A stretch of DNA of 64,000 nt from a virus (taxonomy: Duplodnaviria; Caudoviricetes). The stretch is taken from positions 11,773 through 75,772 of the IMG/VR virus record IMGVR_UViG_3300029288_000148. The stretch is one strand, 5' to 3'. Below, one piece after another: positions 56,069 to 64,000 of this stretch. The stretch's first letter is position 1. Each line of letters starts with the position of its first letter. Under the pieces are notes generated by a model. The model ran no database searches and was not told where the DNA came from. It worked only from the letters and a program-made list of their open reading frames with translations. The position numbers and the translations under genes are program-made.

Positions 56069-56482
56069 ATGAAAAAATTGATTTTCTTATTTTTGCTGAT
56101 GAGCATGAAGCTTTCCGCTCCTCCGGGTATCTCGATTCCGGTCATCCTGAAGACGGAACCGCTGAATAATCTGGAAGCAATATGGCAGGCTGTTATCATG
56201 GTGGAGAGCAGAGGGAACCCAGATGCGTTCTGCATAGATATTAACGGACAGCCAAGCGTAGGTATTGCTCAGATCCAGCCGTCACGAATAGCGCACTATA
56301 ACAGGCTGGCAGGAACATCATATATGCTGAAGGATTGTTTTGATCCCGAAGTAAGCAAAGAAGTGTTTATGTACTTTGCCAGAAAGATAGGAAATGAGGA
56401 ACGGCTGGTTAAGGCATGGAACGGTTCAGGACCTTTAACAGAAATCTATTTAGCCAAAGTAAAACAATTCTACAATTTTTGA
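56069..56482 (+). CDS. Lytic transglycosylase (SLT/lysozyme-like) with signal peptide, 137 aa
   Basis: AVIMVESRGNPDA (catalytic Glu), GIAQIQP, AWNGSG; N-terminal MKKLIFLFLLMSMKLSA. Confidence 0.75.
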   Translation: MKKLIFLFLLMSMKLSAPPGISIPVILKTEPLNNLEAIWQAVIMVESRGNPDAFCIDINGQPSVGIAQIQPSRIAHYNRLAGTSYMLKDCFDPEVSKEVFMYFARKIGNEERLVKAWNGSGPLTEIYLAKVKQFYNF

Positions 56483-56573
56483 TTTATGACAAAAAGAAAA
56501 ATTGTTATTACAATTCTGATCTGGATATTTTTTATCCTGATGATCTTATTTCTCTAACTAATACTTACTTGCT

Positions 56574-56810
56574 ATGGAATGTCCCTTTAATAAAAAAATT
56601 CACTGTATGTATCTGGAAGAAGCAAGAGATCACGGTTTCTTGCTTTATCCTGATTGCCCTTCCTGTCCTCACTACGAAGAGGAACCTCTTGATCCTCCGC
56701 AATATGTCGGACGGAAAGCCTATGCTATCCTTATTGGTGGCGCTGTTGGTTTTGTTTGTATGATACTCGCATCAATCTATGTGGTGTATAATTTGCTATT
56801 CACATGGTAA
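56574..56810 (+). CDS. Cys-containing membrane-anchored protein, 78 aa
   Basis: CPF...C...CPSCPHY plus a C-terminal TM segment. Confidence 0.5.
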   Translation: MECPFNKKIHCMYLEEARDHGFLLYPDCPSCPHYEEEPLDPPQYVGRKAYAILIGGAVGFVCMILASIYVVYNLLFTW

Positions 56811-57079
56811 AAGCATTCACACCCCGGAAAAAGAAGCCTGTAAAGGTTTTGGACAAACAGACAAAAACAGTCCGTATTGATGCCAATACTCTCATTGAGG
56901 TATCTGTCAGCATCCCGGACGATGTGGCCAGAGAAAGGTACTATGAACGCCATAAGATCGTTGTAAAACCATTTTGGAAGCGGGAGCAGCCGTTGACAAT
57001 GGATGATGCGCTAAAAAAGCCAAAAGAAGTACCTATCGAACAGATAGAAGATGTTTTAAAAGAGGAAGAGGCCGAATAG
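56804..57079 (+). CDS. Hypothetical protein, 91 aa
   Basis: Last + strand ORF before a terminator. Confidence 0.5.
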   Translation: MVKAFTPRKKKPVKVLDKQTKTVRIDANTLIEVSVSIPDDVARERYYERHKIVVKPFWKREQPLTMDDALKKPKEVPIEQIEDVLKEEEAE

Positions 57080-57090
57080 CCTCTTTTTTT
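57068..57090 (+). terminator. Intrinsic terminator at the convergence point
   Basis: GAGGC-cgaata-GCCTC followed by T7. Confidence 0.65.
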
Positions 57091-57586
57091 ATTTTTGTCC
57101 TCTCAATTCTTCAATGTATTTCTTGTTAAGAGTCCCGATGATCTTTGCAACCTCGTCCAAACTATATTTGTAACCAATAATTAAACCCCTGCGCGTAGAA
57201 AAGTATTTCCGGTATTCCTCTTTGAGTTCTTCGGCCAGAGCCTCTAATTTTGCCCAATCAGCCTTTACTTTGCCTCCAGATGCCTCCTCAACCTCCTGAG
57301 AATACTTTATACGGACCTCGGCCGTGGCTTGATCATACATAGCATGTTCCCCTGGCGTTAATAGAACGATGTTTTTTAAATAGAACCTGAAATGAGGATA
57401 TTTATTCATCCCTTTTGGCAAAACGTGAGCAAATAAGTTAAACCAGAATGGATGTCCGGGATAAACGCCCCTTAACCAAGTCCCCGTCAAAAAGGATTTC
57501 CGGGACCTGATATTCCAGATAATTCTAAATAGCATTGCCTCAGTTATCTTGCTTGGTCCGGGTAGTGGAAAATCTTCAATGTTCAT
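57089..57586 (-). CDS. HNH-like nuclease, 165 aa
   Basis: FAHVLPKG..YP....NIVLLTPGEH..YD matches the HNH H-N-H spacing. Confidence 0.6.
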   Translation of the reverse strand: MNIEDFPLPGPSKITEAMLFRIIWNIRSRKSFLTGTWLRGVYPGHPFWFNLFAHVLPKGMNKYPHFRFYLKNIVLLTPGEHAMYDQATAEVRIKYSQEVEEASGGKVKADWAKLEALAEELKEEYRKYFSTRRGLIIGYKYSLDEVAKIIGTLNKKYIEELRGQK

Positions 57587-57692
57587 GGTGGTATGTTTTT
57601 TAAATGAAAAACGAGGATCTTCAATCTCAGAAAACCCTCGTTTTGTTTATTTAACAGTTAAGTAAGAAACTTATCATTGCAAATGTAAAGTT

Positions 57693-59246
57693 TTAATTTG
57701 CATTAAGCAAGTCGCAAATCTCTTTTACCGTTGCATATTTCAAAAATTCCTCTTTGTTCTTGTACTTCTCCAAAGACGGAACACTTGGCCTTAACTCCAA
57801 CCATCTCTCATTGTCTATTCTCGGATGAACTGATAAAAGATCGTTATACAGCCTTTTTGTGGTCGAAAACTCCCTTTCGTTACCCTTATCCCACTCCGGG
57901 ATCTGCAGGCCGTATTTGTTCAGCTCTTTCATCAGAGGTTTTTCCAATTTTACCTCCTGTTCTTCAGGCGTTTTGTCAAAGTTTATGTTTGGCTGGATGT
58001 CGGCATTGGTCTGTACCTGTTCTTCCTTTATCTCCCCTGTAACAGCATCTATTTCCGTAATTTCTTTGCCCTTAAACGGTGCTGTCAATATATCAAGCTT
58101 TCCTCTCTGCCAGGCATCAATGATCTCGCGAAGCTTCTTATTGGTGTTCTTCCCCGGAATGGCAACCATAGCCTCTATCATCTCGCTCTTGGTGTTAATC
58201 GTCTCTACAAGCAGTTCTGTGTCCATCTTGCTCATAGCATCGATAGTCCATTCACCAGCATCCTTTCGTTCCTCCTGTGCCTCCGGAGATAGCTCCTTGC
58301 CATCAATCTTGGTTATCTTGCCATCGAACATCTCCACAGATCCTCTTTCTGGCCTAAAAGGAGATTCTGTCTTGGCAAGATCATCATTTGCGGATGCTGC
58401 AAGTCCCTCGGATGTTATTGTTGTTGGCTTTTGCTCCGGCTCCGGTTCCGGATCAGACTTAACTGGTGCAAAGTTCTTCGCCTCAATCTTATCAATGGCT
58501 CTGGCTGTGACTTTCTTGCTGCGCTCCTCTGCAAAATCTTTATCAGGAATAGACAAGGTTACTCCGTTGCCCTGATCAATAACCAAAGTCTGATCTGCCG
58601 GAATATCAACCGCTTCTTCTGTTGTATAAAGTCCGTTAATTACATCAGGAAATAAATCTCTGGCTAAAAATCCAAGCGCCCTGTAATTCACCATCCTGGC
58701 AGGATACTTCCACCAAGCTGATGATTTGTACTTCCATCCATCTGATCCACTCACCTGTTGTTGTGTTATCCAAAGCCCAGCTCTCTTTGCCTGCCCAACG
58801 GAAAATGATCGGGTTATTGTTTGTCCGTTGTCTGCCCTCGATGCCGTGATGCGGACCACAAGATTCTCGTTCTCTATACTGCCTTCCTCAGTCTCGATCC
58901 ATGATGCTGTTTTTAATTTGCCGGACATAAAGATCATGCTCTTTGCCAAGTCTCCCTTTATTGACAACAATCCATTCACCGGAATAATGTGCTGTAATGC
59001 CGTCAGGGGAGGTAACTGCAACTGATAACCCTGAATCAATATCGCCACAACTGATTCAACCTTGCCCTTTGTAAAGTCAGGTTTCCCGTCCGGTAGTTTT
59101 TCGTAAAGGTGATAGGGAACCAGCTTACTATTCAGCAAAAGCCTTGCAAACTCCTGCATCTTCTCAATACTCTCATAGGCGTTCTCAACAAATTTGGGAA
59201 GCCTTGTCTCTGTGGATTTCACTAATCCTGCTTTCTCGTCGCTCAT
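57693..59246 (-). CDS. RecT-like single-strand annealing recombinase with long C-terminal extension, 517 aa
   Basis: AILIQGYQLQLPPLTALQHI...NG...YPARMVNYRALGFLARDLFPDVINGLYTTEE. Confidence 0.75.
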   Translation of the reverse strand: MSDEKAGLVKSTETRLPKFVENAYESIEKMQEFARLLLNSKLVPYHLYEKLPDGKPDFTKGKVESVVAILIQGYQLQLPPLTALQHIIPVNGLLSIKGDLAKSMIFMSGKLKTASWIETEEGSIENENLVVRITASRADNGQTITRSFSVGQAKRAGLWITQQQVSGSDGWKYKSSAWWKYPARMVNYRALGFLARDLFPDVINGLYTTEEAVDIPADQTLVIDQGNGVTLSIPDKDFAEERSKKVTARAIDKIEAKNFAPVKSDPEPEPEQKPTTITSEGLAASANDDLAKTESPFRPERGSVEMFDGKITKIDGKELSPEAQEERKDAGEWTIDAMSKMDTELLVETINTKSEMIEAMVAIPGKNTNKKLREIIDAWQRGKLDILTAPFKGKEITEIDAVTGEIKEEQVQTNADIQPNINFDKTPEEQEVKLEKPLMKELNKYGLQIPEWDKGNEREFSTTKRLYNDLLSVHPRIDNERWLELRPSVPSLEKYKNKEEFLKYATVKEICDLLNAN

Positions 59247-59265
59247 AAATAATAGTTATTAAAGT

Positions 59266-59664
59266 TTAAAATTTCCTGTTTCTTATTAATTCATTACTAC
59301 GTGGCCATGCAGAATCGATTACCAGAATAAAAAAATACTCGTCAAAATTCTTTTTTCTGACTTCAAAAAAATTTGGTTCTGGATCTGCTTCAAGTGCAGT
59401 CAGCTCAACCTTATCCGGCCACATGGCAGTACACATCCATACCCTTGCGTCCTTATCAACACACAGATCATGGATGCGCAGATCATTAATCGTATATTTC
59501 GGGAAGTCCTCTTCATAATGCGCATACTGGAAAGCATCAGGATCAATCTCTCCTGCCGTTGTTATGTCAAGAGATAGAGGAGGCTTCTCAGTCAAAAGCT
59601 TCGGAGTTATTACTGCCGCCGCAATACCAACTCCAAGTGTTTTAAGAAATTGTAGTCTGTTCAT
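59266..59664 (-). CDS. Hypothetical protein with Tat-signal-like N-terminus
   Basis: MNRLQFLKTLGVGIAAAVITP; start moved to 59664. Confidence 0.5.
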   Translation of the reverse strand: MNRLQFLKTLGVGIAAAVITPKLLTEKPPLSLDITTAGEIDPDAFQYAHYEEDFPKYTINDLRIHDLCVDKDARVWMCTAMWPDKVELTALEADPEPNFFEVRKKNFDEYFFILVIDSAWPRSNELIRNRKF

Positions 59665-59963
59665 AATCCAAATTTTTTTACAATCCAACTTAATCCGGGT
59701 TTAATCCACTTGTTTTGACTGCGGATAAGCACCTTGTTTGACTTAGGGTAATAATCAATCACTCCAAATTGGCCATTGTTAAGAATAATTCTGCCTTGTT
59801 CCTCAATGATCGTTACCATTGCTTTTTTTTCTAACAATGGAAGATATTTCTCCATAAAGCGTTCCATGCGTTCCTCTCTGATTGCCTTAGTATGCAGTCC
59901 CAAGGATGCCAAATCATGATCCGCAGCTTGTGCTCTTTCCCGGTAAATCTCTGACTTTTTCAT
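59661..59963 (-). CDS. Hypothetical protein, 100 aa
   Basis: Start MKKSEIY at 59963 (ATGA overlap); IDYYPKSNKVLIR motif. Confidence 0.55.
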   Translation of the reverse strand: MKKSEIYRERAQAADHDLASLGLHTKAIREERMERFMEKYLPLLEKKAMVTIIEEQGRIILNNGQFGVIDYYPKSNKVLIRSQNKWIKPGLSWIVKKFGL

Positions 59964-60544
59964 AGCTTGTAATTTATTTCTTCGTGTTTTGAAACCCAGC
60001 TCCGGGCTTTTGGATGGATCCACTCAATGCCCAGAAAAGCAAAAAAATCCTCCTCCGTTTCAAATGGAGGCGGCAATGTAGGACAGGATTTGTACTCAGG
60101 CTTAATTCGCCAGGTGCTTCCCTTGTGATCACATTCTCGCTTTAGTCTTAACCCATCAACAGTCCCGGCATAACCCAATCTCGACCATCTTATCGCTAAA
60201 TGATTACTATAGACAGACGATCCGGTACGGACTGCAAGCATTCGTCCCCAGTCGGCTTTATTGACTACAATATACAGCTCAATTTGCACTCCCTTGTCAG
60301 GATATTTAAAGCGTTTTAGACGAGCTCCATTAACCACTAATCCCGGGTAGCCCTCCGGAAAAATACGACCTATTGAAAATTCGTCCTTTGGAATTACTAA
60401 TACCTCAACGTTCCCACAAAAATCACATTCTCTACGTACTGAGCCAGCGACCGATATTTTCTCGGCAGACGGCTGTAAATAAGCTATGAACCGTCTGGCA
60501 ATGTCCTGTGCCTTAACTAAAGGCATTTTACATCCTTCGCTCAT
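59960..60544 (-). CDS. Minimal family X DNA polymerase, 194 aa
   Basis: VAGSVRR...GNVEVL, QIELY, RTGS and FETEEDFFAFLGIEWIHP PolX motifs. Confidence 0.8.
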   Translation of the reverse strand: MSEGCKMPLVKAQDIARRFIAYLQPSAEKISVAGSVRRECDFCGNVEVLVIPKDEFSIGRIFPEGYPGLVVNGARLKRFKYPDKGVQIELYIVVNKADWGRMLAVRTGSSVYSNHLAIRWSRLGYAGTVDGLRLKRECDHKGSTWRIKPEYKSCPTLPPPFETEEDFFAFLGIEWIHPKARSWVSKHEEINYKL

Positions 60545-60897
60545 GGGTTATAGATTAATCGTTCTTCTTCTGGTCTCTGATCAGGATCAAGTTCAAATGC
60601 AGGTCTTGGCCGTCCATAATATAATAATATCATTTTTGGATTTACTTTGCCAAGCATAAGGACTCTGTATATATCTCCAAGAAATATATTTTGATCTCGG
60701 AAAATAGTCATAACATCTACTGGTATTGGATAATCAATATTTCTTATAACTCTTTGAAGATAATATTTACCTCTATGCTTTTTCCTTACAAGTGTACTAA
60801 ATCTTGCCCCAGATATGCCATCAGAAGTGTTAGGACTTATTGCCACACCATGAATTAAGGCAACTTCAATATTTGGGAAAATTGGTAAATCGTGCAT
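60541..60897 (-). CDS. Hypothetical protein, 118 aa
   Basis: Coupled ORF. Confidence 0.5.
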   Translation of the reverse strand: MHDLPIFPNIEVALIHGVAISPNTSDGISGARFSTLVRKKHRGKYYLQRVIRNIDYPIPVDVMTIFRDQNIFLGDIYRVLMLGKVNPKMILLYYGRPRPAFELDPDQRPEEERLIYNP

Positions 60898-60900
60898 GAC

Positions 60901-61200
60901 TTACTCGATATAGCATGAAATACCATCAAGTGTAATGAACCTGCGTATTGGCTGTCCCTCTTTCTCAGTCTTTCTTGCCCGGACCTGATGGTTTATCGTG
61001 ACCCAATCTCCCGGCCTTACATCTTTTAACTGATCCATGTTCGCATTAACAAACTCATAAGGGACCTCATTAACATTTCCCCTGGCATCAAAAACCTCAA
61101 GGATTACTGTTCGCTTACTAAATTTGTCGCTAATTCTCTCCGGGTTGCCTAATTCGATAACCCTTCCGCTAATGTCAAATCGATTCTCCTGTTTTTTCAT
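60901..61200 (-). CDS. DUF3127-family (Bacteroidota SSB-like OB fold) protein, 99 aa
   Basis: ISGRVIE...FSKRTVILE...YEF...GDWVTI..QVRAR. Confidence 0.75.
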   Translation of the reverse strand: MKKQENRFDISGRVIELGNPERISDKFSKRTVILEVFDARGNVNEVPYEFVNANMDQLKDVRPGDWVTINHQVRARKTEKEGQPIRRFITLDGISCYIE

Positions 61201-61221
61201 TTCGCTAATTGTTTTTTAAGT

Positions 61222-61644
61222 TTATAATAGTTCATCGCTAATAAATATTTCAGTTCGTGGCTTCTCTGAATAAAGCTTTCTGCAGGTCAGAAATGCTATC
61301 TGGCTGTCGTCCTTCCAAAAGATACCATTTAATGAATCTTGTACCAGTTTTTCAAGGTTGTCAATATCGGATTTTGACGTATGCCATTCTGGGGCGTTTC
61401 CCTTCAATTTAAGCGCATTTTGCCCTGAACCATAGTGAGCCTTCGGTCTGGGCATGTAGAAAGTAACATCAAGGCTTATGGCTCCTGTGAGGGGTTCTTT
61501 CGGTGCTTGGTCCTGAACAACCCATGCAAGCGTTTCCTTTTCCTGGCTTGATGGATCATAAGTGCCGGTAAAATTTCCCCGTTTAAAGCTTCTGTGTCTT
61601 GCCTGTGCTTTTGGCACTCCCAATATTACCAAATGAATCTTCAT
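61222..61644 (-). CDS. rusA: RusA-like Holliday junction resolvase
   Basis: GVPKAQARHR, FYMPRPK, KSDIDNLEKLVQDSLNG..WKDDSQI; start moved to MKIHL at 61644. Confidence 0.88.
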   Translation of the reverse strand: MKIHLVILGVPKAQARHRSFKRGNFTGTYDPSSQEKETLAWVVQDQAPKEPLTGAISLDVTFYMPRPKAHYGSGQNALKLKGNAPEWHTSKSDIDNLEKLVQDSLNGIFWKDDSQIAFLTCRKLYSEKPRTEIFISDELL

Positions 61645-62066
61645 ACCGGTATCCCAAATTGCCAACCAAGTAAAAATGTCACTCCAATACAGAGCGCAAT
61701 AAGCTTGAACATAAACAGAAAATGTTCTGATGCAATTCCTGTCTTTCGGAAAAACCATCCGAATAGCTTGTCAATAGGATCTGTGGTGCCAATAAAGAAT
61801 ATCGGCTCTTTCTTCATCAGGTTATATACCAAGTCCGATAATGCCCATTTTAAGGACAGCGCACCAGTAGCCACATACCAGAAGTTTGGGTCCACATCCC
61901 CATTCCTGAAGTGGTAATGGTTTGTCAAAAATAGAAGCATTACGATATAAAATACGGCATCATACCAGAATCTTATATACTTGCTCAAAGTCTTATATCC
62001 CCGGTCATAAAGAGCATCGGGGACCATTTTGAATACAATCATTAAGAAAACAATTAATAAATACAT
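61641..62066 (-). CDS. Membrane protein, 141 aa
   Basis: Several hydrophobic helices. Confidence 0.6.
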   Translation of the reverse strand: MYLLIVFLMIVFKMVPDALYDRGYKTLSKYIRFWYDAVFYIVMLLFLTNHYHFRNGDVDPNFWYVATGALSLKWALSDLVYNLMKKEPIFFIGTTDPIDKLFGWFFRKTGIASEHFLFMFKLIALCIGVTFLLGWQFGIPV

Positions 62067-62147
62067 AGCTTTAACAAATTAAAATTATGAATATAATTAT
62101 CAGTATTATAACTATTATGTTTGTTCAAAATAAACAACTTCTGTCTT

Positions 62148-62735
62148 TCATTTCCTTCCACTTATGTCAATTTCGTAACAACTGTAGAATACCCTCCCGT
62201 CTGGAGCAAAGATTTTATAAGGATATATTGTATTTGTAAATTCAGTCTTTAATTCAACCATTCTCGAAAATGGTAACTCTTTTGGCTTCTCAAGTTCCTT
62301 TGTGACAATAATGAACTTAAATTTCAGATAGTCATAATTAAACAAGTATCTGCCTTTATGTGAGGAATGATGATAAGTTGACCAAATCATTACCCGCCAT
62401 GATGGTTTTATCTTAACATACTCATCTATGTTGGTAAGGTTAGTAACTATCTGAACAAGTATCTTATTAGTAATACAATAATTGGCAATCTTATGTAAAT
62501 CTTTATATATCCCCGGCTCTCCTCCTGATATTGCAACCATTTTAGGCTGTTCTTTCCAAATCACATCAATCCAATAGTTATAATCATGCTCATTATATTC
62601 TGGTGGTTTTCCCGTATGCCAATTAACAGAACAATATGGGCATTTAAGGTTACATTTCATTGATGGCTTAATCATTATAATCGAGCCTCTTTTGAGTAGT
62701 TTTGTTAATTCCCAACGATACTTTTTTAATTTCAT
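62148..62735 (-). CDS. Short radical SAM protein, 195 aa
   Basis: CNLKCPYC, ISGGEP, VTNLT; no SPASM extension. Confidence 0.85.
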   Translation of the reverse strand: MKLKKYRWELTKLLKRGSIIMIKPSMKCNLKCPYCSVNWHTGKPPEYNEHDYNYWIDVIWKEQPKMVAISGGEPGIYKDLHKIANYCITNKILVQIVTNLTNIDEYVKIKPSWRVMIWSTYHHSSHKGRYLFNYDYLKFKFIIVTKELEKPKELPFSRMVELKTEFTNTIYPYKIFAPDGRVFYSCYEIDISGRK

Positions 62736-63544
62736 GTCTTTTTCAATATATGTTTAAAATGAAGTGTCGGCAGCCCATTCCACCAATTCCATCCAAATAG
62801 ATATTCAACTACCAGGAAATGTTTTTTAAAGTAATGAACCTTACAATGACCAAAGTAAAACCGTTTGTTTCCTCGGTGAGTAGTGAATGTTATAAGCTTT
62901 GTTCCTTCATGGGTGCATAGCCATTCTTCTGAGATAGGTGTTTCAGGTGTTGGCCACCTTAATACTTTCCCTCCGTCATTTCCTTCATCCCATTTAGCTT
63001 CGGGCATTATGTCCCACCAGGGAAGAGGCTTAGGACTGTTGCAATAAATAACTTTTTGTGATCCGTCCTTCCATTTCCCCTCCTGGAAGAACCATTCATT
63101 AAAAGCCCAATGGCTGTTTCTTAGTCCCTGCCAGCGATAACATAGATAGAAATATTGCAATGATTGTTTCCATGTCTTTTTTTCAAACGGCCAGCACCTA
63201 TCTAATAAGTCATTGGCTTTATCCTCGAGCAGAGCATAGGGCATAATCAGCCAGGGGAACCACTTTTCTTTTTTCTTTCTCAGAAACCAGTAATGACCTG
63301 AATAATTAACCGTTAATCCTGTTGTCAATGTGAACATCCAAAAGTAGGGATGCAGATAGAGCTTCCATTTCTTAAATCCCGGTTTATGCTTTAGCACTCT
63401 GAACTCTCCATCTTCCTCAATCCTGGTGTTCATAAATTCCAAAACCTTATGCCTGAATGAGAAGGGGATCCAGTAGGCTATTGCACTGATCACTCTTAGT
63501 GGGAGTCCTGTAAGGATAATTGATATGTAAAGGATTATGTTCAT
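62732..63544 (-). CDS. Trp-rich hypothetical (membrane-associated) protein, 270 aa
   Basis: Very W/F/K-rich with an N-terminal hydrophobic segment. Confidence 0.55.
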   Translation of the reverse strand: MNIILYISIILTGLPLRVISAIAYWIPFSFRHKVLEFMNTRIEEDGEFRVLKHKPGFKKWKLYLHPYFWMFTLTTGLTVNYSGHYWFLRKKKEKWFPWLIMPYALLEDKANDLLDRCWPFEKKTWKQSLQYFYLCYRWQGLRNSHWAFNEWFFQEGKWKDGSQKVIYCNSPKPLPWWDIMPEAKWDEGNDGGKVLRWPTPETPISEEWLCTHEGTKLITFTTHRGNKRFYFGHCKVHYFKKHFLVVEYLFGWNWWNGLPTLHFKHILKKT

Positions 63545-63999
63545 TTCTCTTTTTTTATTTGACCTGACAGTGCTGATTTAGCACCATATGAACATCCTGC
63601 TTTAAAACATATCAATATTGCTTCCTGAATTTCTGTTAAATGTGAATAGTCTTTTGATGGCATAAATTGTTCTCTTGCCCATTCTTCAATATCTTCATCC
63701 GAAGGTTGTGTTTTGATATCAAGCAATAAATGTTCTGCACGATCTTTTGCCACCTGAATAGCGGCATACTCTTGCATTGCTTTAAATACTTGTTCCTGAG
63801 TATATAATAATTTAAATCCATCACCATAATCATCAGGAGCACCAGCGTATTTCATAAGTATTTCTCCTGCCCCTTCATCTGAAACCTCGATAGATTCAAG
63901 ATACCAGTCAATGTCATTTACACGCCATGTCCAAGCAACATCTGTATGAATTATATTCCCAATTCTTTGATGTGCATAATGCTTTATTCCACGTAAACA
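63541..63999 (-). CDS. Hypothetical protein, 5'-truncated by the window edge
   Basis: The frame of track ORF 63541-63855 stays open upstream to the window end (CLRGIKHYAHQRIG...EILMKY). Confidence 0.55.
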   Translation of the reverse strand, partial: CLRGIKHYAHQRIGNIIHTDVAWTWRVNDIDWYLESIEVSDEGAGEILMKYAGAPDDYGDGFKLLYTQEQVFKAMQEYAAIQVAKDRAEHLLLDIKTQPSDEDIEEWAREQFMPSKDYSHLTEIQEAILICFKAGCSYGAKSALSGQIKKEK

Positions 64000-64000
64000 A

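Noticed and set aside
62098-62125. Second dif-like sequence (TTATGTTTGTT arm)
   Set aside because: The partner arm does not give an 11-6-11 geometry and the XerD-arm match is poor
1-64000. Alternative genetic code (TAG/TGA recoding as in some Crassvirales)
   Set aside because: Terminase, portal, MCP and the giant ORF are full length under the standard code; no suppressor tRNA seen
1-64000. CRISPR array or mini-array
   Set aside because: No regularly spaced 25-45 bp repeats with unique spacers; the only phased repeats are the coding iteron-like units at 44.05-44.19 kb
1-64000. Prophage boundary, att site with integrase, or IS element
   Set aside because: No host housekeeping genes, tyrosine/serine recombinase or transposase recognised in the window

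Overview
The whole window is part of a tailed phage genome infecting Bacteroidota; no host genes are visible. The host assignment rests on TTTG-N19/20-TAnnTTTG promoters, Gln-at-+1 signal peptides, and DUF3127, DUF4373 and FISUMP-type genes. From 1 to about 43.6 kb (minus strand) lies a Crassvirales-type podovirus morphogenesis module. It contains a 750-aa large terminase, 772-aa portal, scaffold-like protein, 459-aa major capsid protein, fibre and depolymerase genes, a lysis cassette, three tail ring proteins, a muzzle (tail stabilisation) gene broken into three ORFs, and three ejected cargo proteins. The last cargo protein is a >2251-aa polyvalent protein that runs off the window and is missing from the ORF track. 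A glycosyltransferase/ATP-grasp cluster sits directly upstream of the large terminase. From 43.6 to 64 kb are a lambdoid-style replication initiator with internal iterons, a small-protein plus DUF6734 cassette, a DNA methyltransferase, a DHH phosphoesterase, a dif-like site with adjacent KOPS-like motifs, a divergently transcribed early region (RadC, DUF559 nuclease, SLT) and recombination/repair genes (RecT-like, PolX, SSB, RusA, radical SAM). The most unusual signals are: four fibre/lyase proteins carrying Sec signal peptides; the muzzle gene split by two adhesin-like insertions; the dif+KOPS site; paralogous small proteins with an invariant C-terminus next to DUF6734; and an ACACAC leader motif with an antisense hairpin loop. 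All product calls come from motif recognition by eye; no database searches were run.
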